Source: an uncultured cyanobacterium
GTDB lineage: Bacteria; Cyanobacteriota; Cyanobacteriia; PCC-6307; Cyanobiaceae
DNA: 64,000 nt
Assembly: GCA_963765575.1 (NCBI GenBank)
Contig: CAVXWZ010000011.1
Location: 1-64,000, forward strand
Direction: 5' to 3'
A model generated the notes under the pieces. The model was not told the origin of the DNA. It made no database searches and saw nothing but the letters and a program-made list of their open reading frames with translations. How positions within the stretch are numbered: position 1 is the first letter of the stretch; every line of letters starts with the position of its first letter. Position numbers and translations under genes: made by a program. Positions 32,930 through 47,667 of the stretch are shown here, piece after piece.

Positions 32930-33150
32930 GCGGGAATTAAAACAGCTTCAATGAAACAGGTGCCGTGAAATCGGTTTTTCCGAAATAAGTTTCAATGAAA
33001 TATCGCGACACTCGAGGGGGCGATTCAGGTCGCCCCAAGCCTGAACTGGAATGCTAAGGCTATCCAATTTGCTGCGATCTTACTGGGCTGATCATCGCAA
33101 CAGCGTGCCTGTTTGAACGCGTTTTGCTATCGGCCCCAAAAGCATTCTTA
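32930..33150 (-). promoter_or_regulatory. AT-rich ndhF3 promoter region with two TTCAATGAAA boxes
   Basis: TTCAATGAAA at 32947-32956 and 32991-33000, each palindromic (TTCA-A-TGAA). Confidence 0.55.
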
Positions 33151-33194
33151 ATCAAGCTGTCCTTCGCTGGGCCCACTGCAGCTCCGGGTGGGAG

Positions 33195-33704
33195 TCACAG
33201 CCACCACCAGTCGCTGAAGCGGGCCGCCTGGCCGCAGGGCCGGCCCTGCCCATCCAGCAGGGTCCAGAGGCGAGCGCCGCGGATCCGAAACGGGCGGCCA
33301 GCGCTGTCCACGCGGATGCCGCTGTAGTTCTCCAGGGCCCCACCGGCCGCGGCCCGTCGCAGCGCCTGGCCGCGACCCGGCCGTTCCGCCGCCGGCGCCG
33401 TGAGCCTTGAGGGCAGCCCCACCATCTGCGCCCAGGGCCGGCGCCAGAGGCGCAGCGCCGCCCGGTTGGCGTAGGTGAGGCGCGGCCCGGGCTCGGCCCC
33501 CGGGTCCTGGCCGTCGTGGGCCAGCACCACCAGCGGCGCGGCGAACAGGGCCTGGGCGCGCTGCTGGGGCCAGGCCTCGCCAGCCGGCAGCGCCAGCAGG
33601 GGCCTGCCGAAGGCCTGCCGGTAGCTATCGAGAAGGCGCAGCGCCAGCGCCACCCGGGGCTGCTCCAGCCAGGGCGCCTCCCGGAAGGGCGCAGCCTCAG
33701 GCAC
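33195..33704 (-). CDS. Stand-alone MEKHLA (PAS-like) domain protein
   Basis: LFAAPLVVLAH, LTYANRAALRLW, LPSRLTA, YSGIRVDSAGRPF, GQAARF. Confidence 0.88.
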   Translation of the reverse strand: MPEAAPFREAPWLEQPRVALALRLLDSYRQAFGRPLLALPAGEAWPQQRAQALFAAPLVVLAHDGQDPGAEPGPRLTYANRAALRLWRRPWAQMVGLPSRLTAPAAERPGRGQALRRAAAGGALENYSGIRVDSAGRPFRIRGARLWTLLDGQGRPCGQAARFSDWWWL

Positions 33705-34596
33705 CGCCGCCCGCGCCCTCGTTTAGACCGTTGCCCATCGCGCGTGCCATGGCCAGGTTGACCATGGCCTCGCCGTGGGCGCGGATGTGCTCGAGGAAAT
33801 GCTGGTTGGCCTCAGGGAAGCGGGGCTCCTCGGCCAGGGGCAGGGGGCCGGCGGCATCCAGCCCGGTGTCACCCTCGAGGGCCGGGGTGATCACCACCAG
33901 GTCTGGGTCCAGGGCGGCGCCATAGCGCCACCAGCGCGTGGGGTCGGTGATCGCCGCATGCACCGGCGGTGGCGGGGCCTCCGCCGCTGGCGGCTCCTGC
34001 CCGGCCGAGCGGGCCTGGCGGGCCTGGCGGGCCAGGGCCCGGCGGCGGCGCTTGGCCAGGTCGGTGAGCAGCTGGGAGCGGGTGCGGCCGCGCAGCTGAA
34101 ACAGCACGAAGGGATCCTCGCTGAAGCGCTCGCCCATCAGATAAAACACGGCGCTCACGTGCTTGCAGGGGTTGGCCTTGTCGGGACAGCTGCACTCGCT
34201 GCGCACCTCCTGGAGCTTGAACGGGAACAGCCGCTTGCCGCTGGCGGCGAAGGCGCGCTCGATGTCGGCCGGCATCACCCCGGCGAGCAGCTGGGCCGAC
34301 CAGCGGGCCTTCTGGCTGAGGGCATCGAGCACGTAGCCCCAGTCGTCATCGCTGAGCACATCGAGCCAGAGCTTCACCTTGTAGGGCTCGTCGTCGCTGC
34401 CCTGGACACGGGCATGCACCCGCCTGCCCTCGAAGCGGATCGAGCTGACGTTGCCGGAGCGGGCGTACTCCCAGGCCCGCTCGAGGCGCTTCTTGAAGCG
34501 GTAGGCCTGGATCAGCTCCATCCACTGCTCCACCCACCAGGGCTGATGGGCCAGTCCCTCGTCGCCGAGCTGGGTGTTGATGGGAGCGTTGGTCAT
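33697..34596 (-). CDS. SWIM zinc-finger protein (SNF2 partner)
   Basis: CSCPDKANPCKH motif, RLERAWEYARSG, DPFVLFQLRG. Confidence 0.92.
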   Translation of the reverse strand: MTNAPINTQLGDEGLAHQPWWVEQWMELIQAYRFKKRLERAWEYARSGNVSSIRFEGRRVHARVQGSDDEPYKVKLWLDVLSDDDWGYVLDALSQKARWSAQLLAGVMPADIERAFAASGKRLFPFKLQEVRSECSCPDKANPCKHVSAVFYLMGERFSEDPFVLFQLRGRTRSQLLTDLAKRRRRALARQARQARSAGQEPPAAEAPPPPVHAAITDPTRWWRYGAALDPDLVVITPALEGDTGLDAAGPLPLAEEPRFPEANQHFLEHIRAHGEAMVNLAMARAMGNGLNEGAGGGA

Positions 34597-34630
34597 CGGA
34601 TCGGAACGGTGAGAGCAGTGTGCGGGCGGT

Positions 34631-35266
34631 TCAGCGGGGCGCGGCGGCGGCGGGCCGGTCCGGCATCAGCGACCGGGTGGCCAGGGCCAGCACCACGGCG
34701 TTGAGCAGGTGCCAGAGCAGATGGGTGCCGATGGGCAGCCAGGGGCAGAGGAGCTGATCGCTGCTGCGCAGCAGCAGAGAGACGCTGAACACGCCCCCTG
34801 CCAGCAGCAGCTGGGGATGGCGCCGCTGCTCCCGCCAGCCCAGCAGCAGCAGCACCAGCAGGGTGGGGCTGTAGGCCAGGGAGCCGTTGAGCAGCTGGGG
34901 AGCCGTGCGGCCGGCCAGGGTCGCCAGCAGGAACAGGCCCAGCAGCAGCAGCGCGCCCGGGGTGCCCAGCGCGGCGCGGCGACGCAGATACAGCCAGAGG
35001 AACAGCAGCTGGAACAGCAGGATCGGCAGCACATCGGCCACCAGAGCCCAGGTGGTGGCGACGGTGTGCAGCAGGCCGCTGCCCACGCCGATGGCCACCA
35101 CCAGCACGGTGAGGCCGGCGATGCCCCGATCCCCCCGCACCCCCAGCCGCCGGGCCCTGGCCTGGATCCACCAGGCTGCGAGCAGGAAGGCCCCGTTGGT
35201 CACGGCATTCAGCGGTTCGGCCAGCAGGCCAGGCCCCAGGCGTTCGCAGTACAGATCCAGGGTCAT
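34631..35266 (-). CDS. Ceramidase-domain (CREST family) membrane protein
   Basis: YCER...AEPLNAVTN, GSGLLH, DVLPI, GTHLLWH motifs. Confidence 0.85.
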   Translation of the reverse strand: MTLDLYCERLGPGLLAEPLNAVTNGAFLLAAWWIQARARRLGVRGDRGIAGLTVLVVAIGVGSGLLHTVATTWALVADVLPILLFQLLFLWLYLRRRAALGTPGALLLLGLFLLATLAGRTAPQLLNGSLAYSPTLLVLLLLGWREQRRHPQLLLAGGVFSVSLLLRSSDQLLCPWLPIGTHLLWHLLNAVVLALATRSLMPDRPAAAAPR

Positions 35267-35289
35267 GGCTCCTCCGGGTCAGCTGTGGC

Positions 35290-38200
35290 TCAGGCATCGC
35301 TGAGCGCCACGAGGTCGCGCAGCTGGCCCACGTCCAGCCCCCCCAGCCAGTCTTCGCCGGACCCCACAATCTCCTCGGCGAGCCTCGATTTCTCGCGGAT
35401 CATGCGGTCGATGCGCTCCTCCACCGAGCCGCTGGTGATGAACTTGTGCACCATCACCCGGTTCTGCTGGCCGATCCGGTAGGCGCGGTCGGTGGCCTGG
35501 TTCTCCACCGCCGGATTCCACCAGCGGTCGATGTGGAACACATGGCTGGCGCGGGTGAGGTTGAGGCCCACGCCGCCGGCCTTGAGCGAGAGCAGGAACA
35601 GCTGCGGGCCGCGGGGATCCTCCTGGAAGCGGTCGACCATCGCCTGGCGCTCGCTCTTGCTGGTGTTGCCGTAGAGAAAGGGCACCTCCTGGCGCCAGCG
35701 TCGCTGCAGGTGGGCCTGGAGCAGGTGGCCCCACTCGGCGAACTGGGTGAACAACAGCGCCCGATCGCCCGCCTCGATCACCTCCTCCAGGATCTCCTCG
35801 AGGCGCTGCAGCTTGGCGCTGCGGCCGCCGAACTCGTCGGCGCCGCTGCCCTGCAGCGCCGTGGTGCTGGGTTCCTTGAGCGCCAGGGCCGGGTGGTTGC
35901 ACACCTGCTTCAGCTTCGTGAGCAGGGCCAGCACCTGGCCGTGCTTCTGGCCCAGGGGCGCCCGGGCGATGGCATCGAGGCTCTCGTCCACGGTGCGGGT
36001 GTAGAGCTTGCGCTGCTCGGCGCTGAGGCCCACCCACTCCTGCAGCTCCACCTTCTCGGGCAGGTCGGAGATGATCGATTTGTCGGTCTTGAGGCGGCGC
36101 AGGATGAAGGGGCCGACGCGGGCCTTGAGGTCGCGCAGGGAGGCCATGTCGCCATAGCGCTCGATCGGCAGCCGGTAGCGCTGCTGGAAGAAGGCCTCAT
36201 CCCCCAGCACCATCGGGTTGAGGAAATCCATCAGCGCCCACAGTTCGCCCACCCGGTTTTCCACCGGTGTGCCGGTGAGGGCGATCCGAAACCGGCTGCC
36301 CCGGCTCGCCCGTCCCCCCCGGCCGCCGCCAGCGGTGCCGCCGCCATTGCCGGTCCGGGCCAGGTCGCGGGCCGCCATCGACTGCTTGGCCTGGGGGTTT
36401 TTGATCGCCTGGGCCTCGTCGATCACCACCCCCTGCCAGTCGACGCTGTCCAGCAGTTCGCTGTCGCGCTGCAGCAGGCCATAGCTGGTGAGCACCAGAT
36501 CCGTGCCCTTGAGGGCCTTCTTCAGGGCCGTCTCGCTGGCGGCGCGCCGGGGCCCGTAGTGCTCGTGCACCCCCAGCTCAGGGGTGAAGGCCGCCGCCTC
36601 CCGCTTCCAGTTGGTGAGCACCGAGGTGGGGGCCACCAGCAGCACCGGCCGCTTCAGCTCCTCCTCGGCCTTGAGGTGTTGCAGGAAGGCCAGCAGCTGG
36701 ATCGTCTTGCCCAGGCCCATGTCGTCGGCCAGGCAGGCGCCCTGGTCGAAGCGGTGCAGAAAGGCCAGCCAGCCCAGACCCCGCTCCTGGTAGGGGCGCA
36801 GCTGACCGCAGAAGCCCTCGGGGGCGGGCAATGGATCGGGGGCCTTCTGCTGGTGGTATTGCTCCAGCACCGCCTGCAGCCGCGGCCCGGCGGTGAAGGC
36901 GTGCACCGGCAGGCGGTGAAAGGTGTCGCCCTCGCTGGCGGTGAGCCGCAGGGCATCGTCGAGGCTGAGGCCCGGATCTGTGGCGCAGAAGCGCTCGGCG
37001 TTGCGCAGGTCGCTGGGCCGCAGCTCGATCCACACCCCGGCGTGTTGCACCAGGGGGCTGCGCTTGGCCGACAGCCGCTCCAGCTCGCGCAGGTTGAGGC
37101 TGACGCCGCCGATCATGAACGCCCAGTCCCACACCAGGCTCTCGCCCAGGGTGAAGCCCCGGGAGGTCTTGGGCAGCTCGGCCGTGATCGCCAGCCCCAG
37201 CCGGCTGGCCAGGCCCCCGGAGAGGCTGCTGGGCAGCACCACACCCACGCCCACGTCACGCAGCTGGGCCGCGGCGGTGCGCACGAGCACGAAGGCCTCG
37301 GCCGGTGTCAGCTGCATGCCCTCGGGGGTGGCCGAATCCAGACCCCGCTCGATCGGCTCGAACACACTCAGGGCCCGGCCCAGACCCTCCAGCAGCAGTT
37401 CGCTGGGCTGGGGCACGGCCACCTCCCCGAGCTGGAGGGTGCGATCGCCGCCCCCCCAGGCCGCCGCCGCCGGCACCCGCAGGCTGGGGTCGGCTTCCGC
37501 CTGCAGGCTGAAATTCAGCTCCCACAGCTCCTCCCCCTCGGGGGGGGTGAACAGCTCCAGGCAGGCCCGCGCCGGGGCCACCCGGCCCGCCACCGCCTCC
37601 CGCCAGTGGTGGGTGGCGATGGTGAGGCGTTCCTGGTCCTCCTCGTCCAGCCGCAGGCTGCCGTCGCCCCTGCTGAGGCCCTTCTGCCAGCCCAGCAGCA
37701 GCGGGTCGAGGCCGTCGGGCTCGGGCTGGAACCCGGTTCGCACCTGGCCGTCCAACAGGGCGGCGAGCAGGCTGGCCACCCTCAGCCGGCCGCTGCCGGG
37801 CCGCCGGCAGGCCAGGGCGGGATCACTCTCCAGTCCGGCCGCCAGGGCGCAGGTGGCCACCTGGGGGATGCCCATCGCCAGCTCCTCCAGCCGCCGGCGA
37901 TCGCTCTCCCGGTTGAGCAGGGGCTGCCAGCGGGCCCGGTCCTCCTCGATCATCGGCAGCCAGCGGCCCCGGGCGATCAGGCTCAGGGCCCAGCGCTGCA
38001 GATGGCTCCACCAGCGCAACTCATCGGCCATCTGGGCATGGCCGGCGGCCAGGGGCAGCCCACTGAGCCACTCGGCGGCGCCCGCCGGATCGAGGGCCCA
38101 GCCCTCCACCTGCCAGGGCCACCACTCCAGCTGCCTGGGGATCGGCTCGCCCGCCTGCAGCGGCAGACCGCTCCAGTGCTCGCCGCGCCCACGGCGCTGG

Positions 38201-38445
38201 CCCCGGCTGGCCTGGGTGCGGCTGGGCAGGGTGAGGGTGGCGCCGGCCGGCCGCAGGGCCTCGCTCCACATGCCGTTGTCGTCGAGCCAGTCGGCCACCT
38301 CGTCGGCACTCAGGGCCAGGGGGTGGGTGGGCACCTCCCGCTCAGGCTGCACCGGGCTGGCGACGCGCCAGGTGTCAGCCCACAGGAACAGGCGTCCCCC
38401 GGGGCCTTCGGGGGGGAACAGCCAGGTGGCGTGCAGCAGGCTCAT
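35290..38445 (-). CDS. SNF2-family helicase/ATPase
   Basis: LRPYQ, LADDMGLGKT, DEAQ, LTGTPVEN, SLKAGGVGLNL, WWNPAVENQATDRAYRIGQ. Confidence 0.96.
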   Translation of the reverse strand: MSLLHATWLFPPEGPGGRLFLWADTWRVASPVQPEREVPTHPLALSADEVADWLDDNGMWSEALRPAGATLTLPSRTQASRGQRRGRGEHWSGLPLQAGEPIPRQLEWWPWQVEGWALDPAGAAEWLSGLPLAAGHAQMADELRWWSHLQRWALSLIARGRWLPMIEEDRARWQPLLNRESDRRRLEELAMGIPQVATCALAAGLESDPALACRRPGSGRLRVASLLAALLDGQVRTGFQPEPDGLDPLLLGWQKGLSRGDGSLRLDEEDQERLTIATHHWREAVAGRVAPARACLELFTPPEGEELWELNFSLQAEADPSLRVPAAAAWGGGDRTLQLGEVAVPQPSELLLEGLGRALSVFEPIERGLDSATPEGMQLTPAEAFVLVRTAAAQLRDVGVGVVLPSSLSGGLASRLGLAITAELPKTSRGFTLGESLVWDWAFMIGGVSLNLRELERLSAKRSPLVQHAGVWIELRPSDLRNAERFCATDPGLSLDDALRLTASEGDTFHRLPVHAFTAGPRLQAVLEQYHQQKAPDPLPAPEGFCGQLRPYQERGLGWLAFLHRFDQGACLADDMGLGKTIQLLAFLQHLKAEEELKRPVLLVAPTSVLTNWKREAAAFTPELGVHEHYGPRRAASETALKKALKGTDLVLTSYGLLQRDSELLDSVDWQGVVIDEAQAIKNPQAKQSMAARDLARTGNGGGTAGGGRGGRASRGSRFRIALTGTPVENRVGELWALMDFLNPMVLGDEAFFQQRYRLPIERYGDMASLRDLKARVGPFILRRLKTDKSIISDLPEKVELQEWVGLSAEQRKLYTRTVDESLDAIARAPLGQKHGQVLALLTKLKQVCNHPALALKEPSTTALQGSGADEFGGRSAKLQRLEEILEEVIEAGDRALLFTQFAEWGHLLQAHLQRRWRQEVPFLYGNTSKSERQAMVDRFQEDPRGPQLFLLSLKAGGVGLNLTRASHVFHIDRWWNPAVENQATDRAYRIGQQNRVMVHKFITSGSVEERIDRMIREKSRLAEEIVGSGEDWLGGLDVGQLRDLVALSDA

Positions 38446-38455
38446 CCCAGGGTGA

Positions 38456-38917
38456 TCAGGGCCGGTGGGTGGAGGCCTGGGCGCCGACGGGTGGGTCGGC
38501 GGTGCGCGATGGCAGGACGCGTTGCGCGACCAGGCGGGCTCCGTGCAGCACCAGGGCGGCGCCGACCAGCGGCAACCAGGTGCGAAACAACCCCATCATC
38601 ACAGTCGGCGCGACCCCCAGCAGCGCCGCCGGCAGCGGCGTCTGCTCCGGCCAGGGCGCGATCGCCGGCAGCCCCAGGCTGTGGATGCCGCACACCGCCC
38701 CCACCAGGCCGGCCTGCAGATGGCTGTCGTCGGGATCGACCCGCTGCAGATGGAAGGCCAGCAGGCCGTAGAGAAGGCCGCAGCCGCCGGCCCGCAGGGC
38801 CGCTTCCAGACCCAGCGGCAGGCCCAGCAGCAGGGCGGCGAGGCCGGCCGTCAGCGCCCAGACGAGCGAGCGCCGGCGCAGCTGCTGGCGGGATGGCGAG
38901 GTGGCGGCCTGGCTCAC
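38456..38917 (-). CDS. Hypothetical membrane protein
   Basis: Several TM helices; YGLLAFHLQRVDPDDSHLQAGLVGAVCG; lies directly upstream of the SNF2 gene. Confidence 0.65.
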   Translation of the reverse strand: MSQAATSPSRQQLRRRSLVWALTAGLAALLLGLPLGLEAALRAGGCGLLYGLLAFHLQRVDPDDSHLQAGLVGAVCGIHSLGLPAIAPWPEQTPLPAALLGVAPTVMMGLFRTWLPLVGAALVLHGARLVAQRVLPSRTADPPVGAQASTHRP

Positions 38918-38976
38918 GGTGGCGCCCCGGAGGGCAGGGCCTGTGCCGGGCGATCATGCACCCCTGCCGGTCCGCC

Positions 38977-40020
38977 ATGCCGCCCCAGCGCACCCTCCAC
39001 CTCCACGCCGGCCCCCACAAAACCGGCAGCACCTACCTGCAGGCGCGGCTGCAGTGCAATCGGCGGGCGTTGGCACGGCTGGGCCTCCGCTACCCCACCC
39101 CCTGGGGGGAGCACTCCCACCGCCACCTGGCGCGGGCCCTGCGCGGCGGCGGGCTGGAGGCCCTCGACCAGCTGCTGCGGCGGCAGGGGCGCTGGAGCGG
39201 CGACCTGCTGCTCAGCGCCGAGCACTTCGTGCCCCTGCTGGGCCGGCCGGCGGGCCTGGAACAGCTGCGGGCCAGCGCCGCGGCCCACGGCTACCAGCTG
39301 CACGTGATCAGCGTCGTGCGTCCCCAGGAGGAGCTGCTCAATTCGTTTTATTGCCATGCGCTGGGGCGCCTCTACGGCAGCCCCGCCTTCCGCCCCTATG
39401 TGCGCGCCCAGCTGGCCGGCCGGCGGGTGCGCGGTGCCGCCCGCCGCCGCTGGATCCGCATGGCGCCGCTGGCCCTCGATCTCGAGCGGCGCTTCGCTCC
39501 CCTGCTGGCGGCGGCGGGGGTGCGCGCCTCGTTTGTGCCCTACCGCCCGCGGCAGGGGGATCTGTTCGAGCAGCTGATCGCGGCGCTGGGTCTGCCCGCC
39601 GCCGCCTGGACGCCGGCACCGCCGGCCCAGGCCAACGAACAGCTGGGCCGGCGCGGCCTGGGTCTGGCCTTTCTGCTCAACCAACGGCTCGATGAGCTGC
39701 CGCTGCGCCGCAACCGCCTGATCGCCGACCACGGCCTCAACCGGCTGGTGGACCGCCTCCGCGCCCTGGCCCGGCAGCAGGGCTGGGTGCAGGAGCGTTT
39801 CAGTGGCTGGAATGCCCCGCTGCTGCAGCGGGTGCGGCAGCGCTACGGGGGGGGCAATGAGCGCTTCGCCGCGCGGGTGTGGGGGCAGCCCTGGGCCGCC
39901 TGCTTCGACGATCCCGAGCTCCCTGGGCCGTCGGCGGCGGGACTGCTGCTGGAGCCTGAGCTGCGCCGCCAGGCCGACCAGCTGTACGCGGGCTACCGGC
40001 GGCGCTTGCCGGTGAGCTGA
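38977..40020 (+). CDS. Sulfotransferase-like (P-loop fold) protein
   Basis: HLHAGPHKTGSTYLQ, LLLSAEHF, VVRPQEELLNSFY; the real C-terminal part of track ORF 35446..40020. Confidence 0.75.
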   Translation: MPPQRTLHLHAGPHKTGSTYLQARLQCNRRALARLGLRYPTPWGEHSHRHLARALRGGGLEALDQLLRRQGRWSGDLLLSAEHFVPLLGRPAGLEQLRASAAAHGYQLHVISVVRPQEELLNSFYCHALGRLYGSPAFRPYVRAQLAGRRVRGAARRRWIRMAPLALDLERRFAPLLAAAGVRASFVPYRPRQGDLFEQLIAALGLPAAAWTPAPPAQANEQLGRRGLGLAFLLNQRLDELPLRRNRLIADHGLNRLVDRLRALARQQGWVQERFSGWNAPLLQRVRQRYGGGNERFAARVWGQPWAACFDDPELPGPSAAGLLLEPELRRQADQLYAGYRRRLPVS

Positions 40021-40054
40021 GGTTCTTACCCTGCGGGCTGCAGATCCGCTCTCG

Positions 40055-45536
<5,482 letters not shown>

Positions 45537-45640
45537 CCCCGGCGACAGACCGCTCGCCCGATCGGCGCTGGGATCAGGAGCTCTTGAAGGATCGGCAACC
45601 CCTGGTCGACTGCGGCTCCATCAGCTGGGGCACGTGCGTT

Positions 45641-45697
45641 CCGTGATCGAAGTCAGTTCGTGATCCAGCTCTGCCCGTGATTGAGGTCAGTTCGTGA
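45641..45697 (+). promoter_or_regulatory. 23-bp direct repeat containing two CRP-like boxes (CGTGA-N6-TCAGT)
   Basis: ccgtgatcgaagtcagttcgtga (45641-45663) and ccgtgattgaggtcagttcgtga (45675-45697), 34-bp period. Confidence 0.45.
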
Positions 45698-47610
45698 GCA
45701 AGTCCGGCGCTCGTTCCTGGCTGCGCAGCCATCTGGTGTTCGTGGTCTGGGCCTCCGCCTGCACGGTGGGGTTTGCCCTCTTCGCCAACACCTATGACCA
45801 GTGGCAGCTGATGGTGGCCACCCGCACCCAGGAGTTGCGGGGGCCCCGGCAGCCGCCGGCTGGGGTGGTGATCGTCGCCATCGACGACGCCAGCCTGGTG
45901 CAGGGGGCCAACGCCGATCTCAGTGACGACCCCGAGCTGCGTCGTCTGGTCAGCTGGCCCTGGCCCCGGGCCATCTACGACCGGGTGCTCGATCGCCTCT
46001 TCGCCGCTGGCGCCCGGGTGGTGGGTTTCGACCTGCTCTTCGACGGTCCCAGCAGCCATGGCCAGGAGGACGATGATCGCTTTGCCCGCGCCCTGGGCCG
46101 CCATCAGGGCCAGGTGGTGCTTGGCGCCCAGGTGTTCGAGACCCGTGGACGGGTGGGCGGACTCACCCTCAGCAGTCCGATCGACCAGCTCGCCGCCGCC
46201 GCCGGACCGGCCAGCTCCGGTCTGCTCAATGGCCTGCAGGATTCCGATGGCTACATCCGCCTGCGGCCCACCACCTACGCCGCCCAGCTGAGCCGCAGCG
46301 GCGTGCTGGATGTTCCGCCCGGCCTGGCCGATCGGCTGATCGACAAGGGCGATCTCCAGGAGCTGCCCCCACCCCGCCTGGCCTCCTCCTGGCGCCCCCT
46401 GGTCGATCCCTACGGACCGGCCCGAACCATCGCCACCATCCCCATCTGGGAGGTGCTGGAGACCTCCGGTTTCGAGCGCCTGCTGGAGACTGGCGTGCTC
46501 CAGGGGCAGACGGTGCTGATCGGCCCCACCGCCAGCGTGTTGCAGGACATCCACCGCACCGCCTTCGCCGGGGCGGAGGGGATGCCGGGGGTGGAGATTC
46601 ACGCCACCGAGATCGCCAACCGCCTGGAGGGACGGGCCCTGTTCGTGCCCTACATCTCCCCACGCTGGGCACCACTGGTGGGCCTGGGGGTGCTGTTGCT
46701 GGGTTTGCTCTCGACGCGCTGGGAGCGGCCCCAGGTGCGGCTGGGTGCCCTGGCCTTGAGCGCCGGGTTGCTGTTCCTGGTGGCCCTGATGCTGCTGAGT
46801 TCCCAGGGACTGGGCATCGTGCTGGTGGGCCTCTCGGGCCTGATGCTCGCCACGGGCCTGGTGAGCGCGGGGGAGGCCACGGTGCGCCTGCAGCTCAACC
46901 GGCTGCGCCTGCGGCGCATGCTTGAGCGCTACCTGTCTCCGGCCGTGGCGTCCCAGATCGCCAGCCAGCCGGAGGAAGCCGATGAGCTCCTGGGCGGCCG
47001 GGTGTCCGAGGTGGTGGTGTTCCTGAGCGATGTGCGCGGATTCACCCAACTCACCACCCGCATGAGTCAGGAGGGGCGTGCCGGCGAGCTGGTGGCCCAG
47101 CTGAATGAGTATTTCGCGGTGATGGTGAGGGTCCTCCAGCGCCATGGCGCCACGATCGACAAATACATGGGCGATGCGGTGCTGGCGGTGTTCGGGGTTC
47201 CCCTCAGCCGGGGTCTGGCAGCCGAAGTTCAGGCGGCTCTTGAGGCCGTCAGCGAGATTAAGGAGGAATTCGCCGAACTCAATCAGCGCTGGATCGCCCA
47301 GGGCAGGGAACCCTGGAAGCATGTCCTGGTCCTGGCCGGCGGCCCTGTGATCAGCGGCAACATCGGCTGCGCCAACCGCATGGACTACACGATGATCGGC
47401 GACACCGTGAATCTCGCCAGCCGCCTCGAGTCGGTGGCCAAGCAGCTCGGCAGTGACGTGGTGATGAATCGGATCGTGGTCCGGCAGGCTCGCCAGGAGT
47501 GGATCATGCAGTCTCTGGGCGATTTCGAGATCCGTGGTCAGGGCAGCCAGGATGTGTTCGCTCTGATCGGCCGCCAAGACGATGATCCCGAACCCGATGA
47601 GGGTACCTAG
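45694..47610 (+). CDS. CHASE2-domain class III adenylate cyclase (copy 1)
   Basis: VIVAIDDAS, WPWPR, GFDLLF, MPGVEIHA, TM helices, then FLSDVRGFT, DKYMGDA, YTMIGDTVNLASRLE. Confidence 0.93.
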   Translation: MSKSGARSWLRSHLVFVVWASACTVGFALFANTYDQWQLMVATRTQELRGPRQPPAGVVIVAIDDASLVQGANADLSDDPELRRLVSWPWPRAIYDRVLDRLFAAGARVVGFDLLFDGPSSHGQEDDDRFARALGRHQGQVVLGAQVFETRGRVGGLTLSSPIDQLAAAAGPASSGLLNGLQDSDGYIRLRPTTYAAQLSRSGVLDVPPGLADRLIDKGDLQELPPPRLASSWRPLVDPYGPARTIATIPIWEVLETSGFERLLETGVLQGQTVLIGPTASVLQDIHRTAFAGAEGMPGVEIHATEIANRLEGRALFVPYISPRWAPLVGLGVLLLGLLSTRWERPQVRLGALALSAGLLFLVALMLLSSQGLGIVLVGLSGLMLATGLVSAGEATVRLQLNRLRLRRMLERYLSPAVASQIASQPEEADELLGGRVSEVVVFLSDVRGFTQLTTRMSQEGRAGELVAQLNEYFAVMVRVLQRHGATIDKYMGDAVLAVFGVPLSRGLAAEVQAALEAVSEIKEEFAELNQRWIAQGREPWKHVLVLAGGPVISGNIGCANRMDYTMIGDTVNLASRLESVAKQLGSDVVMNRIVVRQARQEWIMQSLGDFEIRGQGSQDVFALIGRQDDDPEPDEGT

Positions 47611-47667
47611 ATTAAAAGCCTGGGTTCATAACCTCCCGATCCATGCGCTCCCAAGCCATACCCATCC

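Noticed and set aside
33697..38445. SWIM-SNF2 as a novel defence system
   Set aside because: This is a widely conserved cyanobacterial gene pair, and no nuclease, methylase or other defence genes are adjacent.
35446..38976. The 1524-aa + strand ORF 35446..40020 as one giant protein
   Set aside because: Its first ~1180 codons are the antisense shadow of the SNF2 and membrane genes, which is common at high GC3. Only the part from ATG 38977 looks like a real protein.
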